Positions 1 to 7,932 of a DNA stretch of 64,000 nt are shown here, piece by piece; the stretch's first letter is position 1, and every line of letters begins with the position of its first letter. The translations under genes and the position numbers were made by a program. The stretch lies in contig OZ242296.1 in the NCBI GenBank assembly GCA_965207735.1, positions 1,440,001 to 1,504,000 of the forward strand. Reading direction: 5' to 3'. The notes under the pieces were generated by a model. That model worked only from the letters and a program-made list of their open reading frames with translations, was not told the origin of the DNA and ran no database searches. The stretch is from Candidatus Versatilivorator sp. GTDB taxonomy: Bacteria; Acidobacteriota; Terriglobia; Versatilivoradales; Versatilivoraceae.

Positions 1-1
1 G

Positions 2-1930
2 GTGGTGGAGCGGGTGATCGCGGAATTGTGGCCGGATATCAGGGACCGCGAAGAACTGCACGATCTGCTCCTCAACCTGGTCGTTCTTCCCTCCCAAGCG
101 GTTGGCCGCTGGCGGGAATTCATGAACGAGCTGATCGAATTCAGTCGCGCCGCGCCGGTTTCCTGGATCAATCCGTCAGGGTCCCGCCAGGAAGCCTATG
201 TCGCCGCCGAGCGGCTGTCATGGCTGAAGCGCGTGGTTCCCGAAGTCCATGTGGACCGGTGTTTCCAGCCTCGAGCCCCGGATTCCGAAACCGCTTCGCC
301 TTTCCAGCCGGCGCCTTCGCCGACCACCGGCAGACTCCCCGGAACTCCCGAGGAGATCGCCGCCTTCCTGGTACGCGAGTGGCTGGAATGCCTGGGACCG
401 TCCACTGCGGCAGAGCTGGCCGACCGGCTCGGCCTGCCCCGCACCATGGTCCAACTGGCCCTGGTGACCCTGGAGGCCGGCGGGGCCATTCTGCGGGGCC
501 GATTCCGTGCCGGGCCCGGCCTGCCCGCGCCGGCAGGATCCCCTTCCCCCATGGACACTTCCACTTCAGCCGCATCCGGTGGGAAGGGCCCGAACTCCCC
601 GGACCAGCCGGGTCCCGACACGGAGTGGTGCGAGCGCAGGATACTGGCAAGGATCCACCGCTTGACGATCGGCCGGCTGCGCCGGGAGATCGAGCCGGCC
701 AGCACCACCGAATTCATCCGCTTCCTGCTGCATTGGCAGCACCTGGAGGCCGGCACCCAGCTCCACGGCCGGGAGGGCCTGCTAAAGATTCTGCAACAGC
801 TACAGGGACTGGAGCTTCCGGCGACGGCCTGGGAGCGCGACATTCTGCCCAAGCGGATTGCCGGCTATCGACCCGAGGACCTGGAAGCCTTGTGTCTCTC
901 CGGCACGGTGGCCTGGGGGCGGCTGCGGTTCTCTCCTCCTCCCTCATTGGATGGGCAGGATCCTTCGGCCGGAACCAAAAACGCTCGATCCAAGCCCGGC
1001 CGCTCGGCGCCACTGGCCTTTTTCACGCGGCAGGACTCCTCCTGGCTACTGGAGCCGAGACCCCTCTCCATGGAAGACATTCCCGGGTTGTCTCCTGTGG
1101 CCGTAGAGGTCGCCAATGCACTACGGCAATGGGGAGCCTGTTTCCTGTCGGACATTTCCGGGAGCACCGGGCGGCTGGCCGCCGAGGTAGAGGATGGGCT
1201 GTGGGAATTGGTGACCCGCGGCCTGGCCACCGGAGACGGGATGGCCGGGTTGAGGGTCTTGTTGCTTCCGAATCAGAAGCGGCGCCGACCGGAGCACCGT
1301 TTACGAGTCATACGTGGAGGGAACGCTCCCGGTCGACTGCTGCCACTGGGCCGATGGTCGCTCTTGCAGCCGCAGCGTCCCCATCTTGCGGACAATGCGC
1401 CCACCGACCCGCCTCAACCGGACGAGTCCCACGGCCGGATGACGGCTCCCCGTCAGGATTCCGAAGAATTCGCCATTCGGATGGCCAACCAGCTTCTTCA
1501 CCGCTACGGCATCGTCATCCGGGAGCTCATAGCCCGAGAGCCTCACGCACCCCGATGGAGAACCCTGCTGAACGTGTTCCGGAGAATGGAGGCTCGGGGT
1601 GAAATTCGCGGAGGGCGATTCGTGAGCGGTTTTGTGGGCGAGCAGTTTGCCCTACCGGAGGCCGTAGACACCCTGCGGGCGCTGCGGCGCGGCCGGGGGC
1701 CAGGGGGCGACACGGTCCTGGTTCCCGCCGCGGACCCGTTGAACCTGGTGGGCATCCTCACTCCCGGCGCTCGAGTGTCTCCCTTCTCCCATCAGTGGAT
1801 CGCCATCCGGGAGGGTCTACCGATTGAAGTGGGAGAACTGGGAGAGGTGCTGAGCCGATTGCAGCCCAAGCGGTCTTCCGGCACCGAGCAGGCGCCGCCT
1901 CGCTCAGGCGGCGACAGACATCGGCCATGA
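2..1930 (+). CDS. Lhr-family DEAD/DEAH helicase, C-terminal part (5' end outside window)
   Basis: 642-aa open frame from the window edge with Lhr C-terminal signatures: WCERRILARIHR, LQGLELPATAWERDIL, LLHRYGIV, EARGEIRGGRFVSGFVGEQFALPEA, AADPLNLVG. Confidence 0.8.
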   Translation: MVERVIAELWPDIRDREELHDLLLNLVVLPSQAVGRWREFMNELIEFSRAAPVSWINPSGSRQEAYVAAERLSWLKRVVPEVHVDRCFQPRAPDSETASPFQPAPSPTTGRLPGTPEEIAAFLVREWLECLGPSTAAELADRLGLPRTMVQLALVTLEAGGAILRGRFRAGPGLPAPAGSPSPMDTSTSAASGGKGPNSPDQPGPDTEWCERRILARIHRLTIGRLRREIEPASTTEFIRFLLHWQHLEAGTQLHGREGLLKILQQLQGLELPATAWERDILPKRIAGYRPEDLEALCLSGTVAWGRLRFSPPPSLDGQDPSAGTKNARSKPGRSAPLAFFTRQDSSWLLEPRPLSMEDIPGLSPVAVEVANALRQWGACFLSDISGSTGRLAAEVEDGLWELVTRGLATGDGMAGLRVLLLPNQKRRRPEHRLRVIRGGNAPGRLLPLGRWSLLQPQRPHLADNAPTDPPQPDESHGRMTAPRQDSEEFAIRMANQLLHRYGIVIRELIAREPHAPRWRTLLNVFRRMEARGEIRGGRFVSGFVGEQFALPEAVDTLRALRRGRGPGGDTVLVPAADPLNLVGILTPGARVSPFSHQWIAIREGLPIEVGELGEVLSRLQPKRSSGTEQAPPRSGGDRHRP

Positions 1931-2067
1931 TGCTTTTTGAAACCAGCGCCCTTCAGGCCGTACCGGCACTGCATCAATCGGATAAAAATGTTGAAACCGG
2001 CCGCCGGAGGCCAGCGTTTCTAGGGTTGACCCTGAAGCGGTGAAGCATCCTGGAAAGGTAGAGGTTC

Positions 2068-3855
2068 ATGAAACTGCAACGTAATCTGGTTCTCCCCATC
2101 GTCGGACTGGCAGCCCTGGTCGCCGTGGTCTATCTGGTCTGGGGTGGCGGGGATGCCGGTCAGGATGAGAGGTATTTGAGAGTGGAGGTGCAGCGCGGGG
2201 ACGTCCGCAGGACCGTCACCTCAACCGGAACCCTGCAGGCGGTGGTCACCGTGCAGGTGGGCAGTCAGGTCTCCGGCCGCATCCAGGAATTGCACGCCGA
2301 TTTCAACAGCGTGGTCAAGAAAGGACAGACCCTGGCCATCATCGATCCCGCCAACTTCGAAGCTCAGCGGGACCGCGCCGCCGCTTCCCTGGCCACGGCG
2401 GAAGCCTCGGTCAAGAACGCGGATGCCAATCTGGTCAATCGTCAGGCCGAGCTCCAGAGCGCCGAGGCCAATCTTCAGGTGTCGCGAGTGGACCAGCAGG
2501 AAGCCGGCCGGCAGCTACGAAGAGCCAAAGGACTGTTCGAGGACGGTCTCATTCCCGAGCGGGACCTGGAAACGGCCCAGGCCGGCCGGGATCAATCGGC
2601 CGCGCGGCTGCTGCAGGCCGAAGCCCAGATCAGCCAGATCAAGGCCTCCATTCGATCGGCCGGAGCCCAAAGGGAACAGGCCCTGGCCAACGTCAAGCAG
2701 GCCAAGGCCGAACTGAAGATGGCTCAGGTCAACCTTTATTATACGAATATCACCTCTCCCATTGACGGGGTGGTGATCGAACGCAACGTGGATATCGGCC
2801 AGACGGTGGCCGCCAGCTTCCAAGCCCCCATTCTGTTCATGATCGCCAACGATCTGGCCAAAATGCAGGTCATCGCTCAAATCGACGAGGCCGACATCGG
2901 AGCCATTTCCGAACAGGCCGGGGTCGATTTCACGGTCGATGCCTTCCCCGGCCAGACCTTCCAGGGGAATATTTCCGAGATTCGGCTCAGTTCCAAGCTT
3001 CCGGGCTCCAGCAGCACCGATGCCCAGCAGGCGGCCGGGTCTACCAACGTGGTTGTTTACAACGTCATGATCGACGTCGACAACCCCCAGTTGAAGCTGC
3101 GGCCCGCCATGACCGCCACCGTCAACTTCACCGTGGCCAGCGCGGAGGATGTCTTGAAAGTGGCTAACATCGCTCTGCGCTTTCGACCGTCGGACAAGAG
3201 TCCCGAGGAGATTCAAGCGATGCTTGGGGGCGGACCGCCCGGGTCGGGAGACGGTTCGGCGGCAGCCGGCCCCTCCGAAGGCCGTGAGAACCCGGCGGAT
3301 TCCGGCGGCCGGCCGGGCATGGATCCGGAGCGGATGCGCGCCATGAGAGCACGGATGGCTCAGGGCGGAGGAGGCCGCGGCTCCGGCGGGCGCGGGATGG
3401 ATCCGGAGCGGATGCGGGCCATGAGGGCCAGGATGGCTCAGGGGGGCAGAGGCGGACCTTTTGGAGGCGGCGGGCCCGGCATGCGCCGGAGCAGATCCGC
3501 CGGCACCGGCGCCAAGACCGTCATTGCGCCTTCCAACACGACCCAGTACGGCATTAGCCCCGGCTTGAAGATTCGGTTTCCTCAGGCAGAGAAGACCCGA
3601 TCTCGAAGGGGCCTGTTGTGGGTACTCGACTCGGAGGGTCATCCGGAACCTCGTCGAGTCCGCTTCGGTATCACGGACGGACGGGAGACGGCAATTCTTA
3701 ACGGGAACCTGGAAGAAGGAGAACAAGTCGTTAGCGGCGAACTGGCCACCGAGGCCAGAGCCAGTACCACATCCTCTCCCTTCGGCGGCCTGTTCGGTAG
3801 GCGGCGTCCGCCTCAACGAAGTCAGCAGCGAGGTCAGAGAAGCGGGAGCCGATAG
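2068..3855 (+). CDS. Periplasmic adaptor (MacA-like membrane fusion protein)
   Basis: N-terminal TM anchor, VQVGSQVSGRI lipoyl motif, long coiled coil, ITSPIDGVV, IDEADIG; upstream of ABC ATPase and permease. Confidence 0.9.
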   Translation: MKLQRNLVLPIVGLAALVAVVYLVWGGGDAGQDERYLRVEVQRGDVRRTVTSTGTLQAVVTVQVGSQVSGRIQELHADFNSVVKKGQTLAIIDPANFEAQRDRAAASLATAEASVKNADANLVNRQAELQSAEANLQVSRVDQQEAGRQLRRAKGLFEDGLIPERDLETAQAGRDQSAARLLQAEAQISQIKASIRSAGAQREQALANVKQAKAELKMAQVNLYYTNITSPIDGVVIERNVDIGQTVAASFQAPILFMIANDLAKMQVIAQIDEADIGAISEQAGVDFTVDAFPGQTFQGNISEIRLSSKLPGSSSTDAQQAAGSTNVVVYNVMIDVDNPQLKLRPAMTATVNFTVASAEDVLKVANIALRFRPSDKSPEEIQAMLGGGPPGSGDGSAAAGPSEGRENPADSGGRPGMDPERMRAMRARMAQGGGGRGSGGRGMDPERMRAMRARMAQGGRGGPFGGGGPGMRRSRSAGTGAKTVIAPSNTTQYGISPGLKIRFPQAEKTRSRRGLLWVLDSEGHPEPRRVRFGITDGRETAILNGNLEEGEQVVSGELATEARASTTSSPFGGLFGRRRPPQRSQQRGQRSGSR

Positions 3856-3858
3856 TCC

Positions 3859-4599
3859 ATGCAAAATCTCATCAACCCTGTCGCCGAAGGAACGTCTTCG
3901 CCGGACCTAGATCCGGCTGCCGTGATCGCATTGCAGGATGTGTGGAAGATTTACGATACGGGAGAGATTCGGGTGGAGGCGCTGCGAGGGGTTTCCCTCG
4001 AGATTGCCCGCGGGGAATTCGTGGCCATCATGGGCGCCTCGGGGTCGGGGAAATCCACCATGCTGAATATACTGGGCTGCCTGGATCATCCGACCCGCGG
4101 CGTCTATCGGCTGGACGGCGTGGATGTCTCCACCTTTTCCCACGCCCAAAGAGCCGACATTCGCAATCAAAAGATCGGCTTCATCTTCCAGACCTTCAAC
4201 CTGTTGAGCCGGACCTCGGTCTGGGAAAACGTGGAAGCCCCCATGCTCTATTCCGGGACCTCGAAGGCCGAGCGTACCCGGCGCATCGAGGAGGCCCTGC
4301 AAGTGGTTGGAATTCCCGAGAAAGCCAAGGCGCTACCCAACCAACTCTCGGGAGGACAGCAACAAAGAGTGGCTGCAGCCCGGGCCCTGGTCAACCAACC
4401 CGCCATCCTTCTGGCCGACGAACCCACGGGCAATTTGGACTCGGCCACTTCGGAAGAGATCATGACCTTTCTCCAGAGTCTGAACTCCGAAAAATGGATC
4501 ACCTTGGTCATGGTCACTCACGAACAGGAGATCGCCGCCTACGCATCGAGGCAGATTCACATGAGGGACGGTCGGATCTTACGCGACGAGAGGACCTGA
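3859..4599 (+). CDS. ABC transporter ATP-binding protein (MacB/LolD-like)
   Basis: Walker [10 protein letters not shown], signature LSGGQQQRV, Walker [13 protein letters not shown]. Confidence 0.95.
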   Translation: MQNLINPVAEGTSSPDLDPAAVIALQDVWKIYDTGEIRVEALRGVSLEIARGEFVAIMGASGSGKSTMLNILGCLDHPTRGVYRLDGVDVSTFSHAQRADIRNQKIGFIFQTFNLLSRTSVWENVEAPMLYSGTSKAERTRRIEEALQVVGIPEKAKALPNQLSGGQQQRVAAARALVNQPAILLADEPTGNLDSATSEEIMTFLQSLNSEKWITLVMVTHEQEIAAYASRQIHMRDGRILRDERT

Positions 4600-4657
4600 T
4601 GCCACGCTCCAAGGGAGTCGGCTCAAGTCAAATACAGTCCAAATCCGGAGTACTGCA

Positions 4658-5878
4658 ATGAACTACTGGATGATCATGAAGATTTCGCTCAAGGCCCTGA
4701 GCCGGAACAAGATTCGCTCAGCTCTGACCATGCTGGGCATTATCATCGGTATCGCAGCAGTGATCGCCATGGTGAGTCTCGGCCAGGGCGCACAGCGCCA
4801 GGTTCAGGAAGAAATCGCCAGCCTGGGAGACAACACGGTCTGGGTGAGAGCCGGCAGCCGTCGTTCCTGGGGGGTCCGGAGTGCCTCCGGAACGAAGAAC
4901 TCTCTGAAAGCCACCGACTTCGCGGCCATGTTGAACGAGTGTTCTGCGGTCAAGGCCGTCAGTCCCAGCTCCAGGTCGATGGCCCAGGTGGTGTTTGGAA
5001 ACCAGAACTGGAATACCCGAATCGAGGGTTATAACGAACAGTACCCTGATATGCGAAACTGGACCATTGCCCAGGGCAGCTTCTTCGACGATAGCCACGT
5101 CAAGGCAGCCGCCCGGGTGGCCGTGCTGGGCAACACCGTCTGGACGGAACTGTTTGCCGGCAGCGACCCCGTCGGGCAAACCATTCGGGTCAAGAACCTG
5201 TCATTTCAGGTGGTCGGCGTGTTCAAGGCGAAGGGGTTCAACTCATGGGGCCGCGATCAGGACGACGTCATCATTGTTCCCTTCACCACCGTGCAGAAGA
5301 AGTTTCTGGGGGGCGCTCTCCACGTCGAGTCCGGATTGGTCCAGGCTGTCAGTGCCCGAGCAACCTATGCCGCCGAAGAACAGATCAGGGCGCTGCTACG
5401 CCAGCGGCACCGCCTGGGGCCTTTCCAGGACGACGATTTCATGATTCGCAACCTCAGCGAAATCGGAGAAGCCGCGGAATCAACCAACCGCATGATGAGT
5501 CTGTTGTTGTCCGGCATTGCCGCCATTTCGCTGCTGGTGGGCGGTATCGGCATCATGAACATCATGCTGGTGGCGGTCTCGGAGCGAACACGAGAGATCG
5601 GAATCCGGATGGCGATCGGCGCCCGACCGAATCATGTGCGCGTTCAGTTCCTCTCGGAATCGATCGTCCTCTGCCTGGTGGGCGGCATCCTGGGTCTACT
5701 GGTAGGAGTGGGTATTTCCTGGGGAATCGCACAATTGCTCGGCTGGCCCACGATAGTCTCGCTCGATTCCATCGCCATCTCCATGCTTTTCTCCGCGGCC
5801 ATCGGGATCTTCTTCGGCTACTATCCCGCCCACAAAGCGGCAGCCCTGGATCCCATCGAAGCCCTGCGCTACGAATAG
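4658..5878 (+). CDS. ABC transporter permease (MacB/FtsX-like)
   Basis: RSALTMLGIIIG, GGIGIMNIMLV.V.ERTREIGIR, C-terminal DPIEALRYE. Confidence 0.95.
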   Translation: MNYWMIMKISLKALSRNKIRSALTMLGIIIGIAAVIAMVSLGQGAQRQVQEEIASLGDNTVWVRAGSRRSWGVRSASGTKNSLKATDFAAMLNECSAVKAVSPSSRSMAQVVFGNQNWNTRIEGYNEQYPDMRNWTIAQGSFFDDSHVKAAARVAVLGNTVWTELFAGSDPVGQTIRVKNLSFQVVGVFKAKGFNSWGRDQDDVIIVPFTTVQKKFLGGALHVESGLVQAVSARATYAAEEQIRALLRQRHRLGPFQDDDFMIRNLSEIGEAAESTNRMMSLLLSGIAAISLLVGGIGIMNIMLVAVSERTREIGIRMAIGARPNHVRVQFLSESIVLCLVGGILGLLVGVGISWGIAQLLGWPTIVSLDSIAISMLFSAAIGIFFGYYPAHKAAALDPIEALRYE

Positions 5879-5978
5879 ACACAGTAAGCCGAACCCGGAT
5901 ACCGGCGGACGCACCCGCCGTCCGGATCTCCCGGACTATCTTGCCTCCTGACTCAGCGGAGATCTGCTTACTCGAAAG

Positions 5979-6287
5979 CTAGAGATTCTCGAAAAAACGG
6001 TGGTCGGTTACGAAGGAAAACCCGTTGGGGATCTCCCGTATGTAGAGTTCGGCCCTGAGCACCTGGATGCATCCCTCGACCAGGACCCGGTCCAGGGGCC
6101 ATTGGTTGTCCTTGGCTACTTGGTTGACTTTCTCCAAGGCAAGCTGGGTTAATTTGAAATGACCCTTGCAGGTGGCTCGTCCATTGTGGACCTTCCCCGC
6201 AAACTTGTGAAATTTCCCATCCACCTCGCCCCAGTTCTCCATGGATAGGGTGTAGTGCTTCTCCAGAAATTGAAATTTCTTGTTCAT
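5979..6287 (-). CDS. Hypothetical protein, about 102 aa (MNKKFQFLEKHY...)
   Basis: GAGG ribosome site upstream of ATG at 6287; protein-like composition unlike the shadow ORFs; no recognised motif. Confidence 0.6.
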   Translation of the reverse strand: MNKKFQFLEKHYTLSMENWGEVDGKFHKFAGKVHNGRATCKGHFKLTQLALEKVNQVAKDNQWPLDRVLVEGCIQVLRAELYIREIPNGFSFVTDHRFFENL

Positions 6288-6400
6288 CGGTACCTCGGGC
6301 TGCTGCTGCGCCCTGAAATCAGTGGCTTGCCGGTGGAAGTGTAGCCCAGATTCCCCGCCCGGCAAATTCCTTTTTCCGTGGGGTACTCGATCGTCTTTCA

Positions 6401-6456
6401 AGGATGAACAGGATGGACAGGATTATTGTTGTTTGCTTATCCTGTGCATCCATGTT
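6401..6456. repeat. Intergenic palindromic repeat with 9-nt periodic arm
   Basis: aacaggatggacaggat (6407-6423) pairs with atcctgtgcatccatgtt (6439-6456) with one bulge and one mismatch. Confidence 0.55.
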
Positions 6457-6543
6457 TCTTTTCCCCATTGCGCCGGCAGGCAAGGGATTCGAGAATCCGA
6501 CCCTGCCCCATCCAGTGAAGCAACCGCCAAAGGAGCGACGTTC

Positions 6544-7911
6544 ATGGAATCCGTCCTGCAATACATCCACCGGAACCGGGATCGCTACATAGCGGAGCTG
6601 AAAGAATTCCTGACCATTCCCAGTATCAGCAACAATGCCGAGAACCGCGCCGACATGGAGCGCTGCGCTGAATTCCTGAGAGACCAACTCGATACCATCG
6701 GAATGCAGAGGGCGGCCCTGTTTCCAACCCAGGGCCACCCCATTGTCTACGGGGAGTGGCTGGGAGCGCCCGGCAGACCCACCGTGCTCTTCTATGGGCA
6801 CTACGACGTTCAACCGGTCGATCCCCTGGATCTTTGGATCTCGGGACCCTTCGAGCCGACCATCCGGGACGGCGAGCTTTACGCCCGGGGAGCCATTGAT
6901 GACAAGGGCCAGGTATGGATGAATTTGAAGGCCGCCGAGGCTCACCTGCAGGATCAAGGAAGCCTGCCGATCAACCTCAAGCTCTTGATCGAGGGAGAGG
7001 AGGAAGTCGGCAGCGCCAATCTGGACACCTTTATCCAAACCCACCAGGAACTGCTGAAAGCGGATGTCGCCCTCATTTCAGACACTCCCATGTTCGATCG
7101 GGGGATTCCTTCCATCTGCTACGGACTCAGGGGACTGGCCTACTTCCAACTGGACTTGAAGGGATCGAGCCAGGACCTGCACTCCGGTTCCTTTGGCGGA
7201 ACGGTGATCAATCCCAACTTTGCGCTGGCGCAGATCATAAGCTCGCTCAAGGATTCCGAGGGACGCATCCTGATCCCCGGCTTCTATGACGACGTGGCTC
7301 CCATGAGCGACCGGGAAAAAGAAGAACTGTCCCGGCTGCCTTTCGACCAGGAACGATTCCGGGCTGAGGTGGGCGCACCCGAACTCTTCGGTGAAAAAGG
7401 ATACGGGACGCTGGAAAGAATCTGGTCCAGACCGACTCTGGAGGTCAACGGCCTGTGCGGGGGCTTTACCGGCGAGGGAGCCAAGACGGTCATCCCGGCA
7501 ACCGCCATGGCAAAAATCAGTATGCGCCTGGCTCCCAATCAGGACCCGGATCGGATAGCCCACCTCTTCGAACGACACTTGAAGACCATCACCCCCGACT
7601 CGGTAGAACTTACGCTCACTCGCATGCACGGCGGAAAACCCTGGCTGACTCCCATCGACCATCCAGCCATCCGAGCGGCCTCCCGGGCCTTCGAGAAGGG
7701 GTTCGGCGCTTCGCCGGTCTTTGTGCGGGAAGGAGGAACGATTCCGGTGGTGACCACCCTGGCTGAGACCCTGGGGCTGTCCACGGTGCTGATGGGGGTC
7801 GGCCTCCCCGATGAGAATGCCCACGCCCCCAACGAAAGAATGGACCTCGGCAACTATCAAAACGGCATCGTGAGCGTAGCCCACTTCTTCGATCAGTTTT
7901 CAGGACGCTGA
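6544..7911 (+). CDS. M20 family metallopeptidase (dipeptidase-like)
   Basis: YGHYDVQP, ARGAIDDKG, EGEEEVGS, DLHSG, NAHAPNE; start MESVLQY follows AAGGAG. Confidence 0.92.
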   Translation: MESVLQYIHRNRDRYIAELKEFLTIPSISNNAENRADMERCAEFLRDQLDTIGMQRAALFPTQGHPIVYGEWLGAPGRPTVLFYGHYDVQPVDPLDLWISGPFEPTIRDGELYARGAIDDKGQVWMNLKAAEAHLQDQGSLPINLKLLIEGEEEVGSANLDTFIQTHQELLKADVALISDTPMFDRGIPSICYGLRGLAYFQLDLKGSSQDLHSGSFGGTVINPNFALAQIISSLKDSEGRILIPGFYDDVAPMSDREKEELSRLPFDQERFRAEVGAPELFGEKGYGTLERIWSRPTLEVNGLCGGFTGEGAKTVIPATAMAKISMRLAPNQDPDRIAHLFERHLKTITPDSVELTLTRMHGGKPWLTPIDHPAIRAASRAFEKGFGASPVFVREGGTIPVVTTLAETLGLSTVLMGVGLPDENAHAPNERMDLGNYQNGIVSVAHFFDQFSGR

Positions 7912-7932
7912 ATCCGCCACCGAGTCCGAGGC

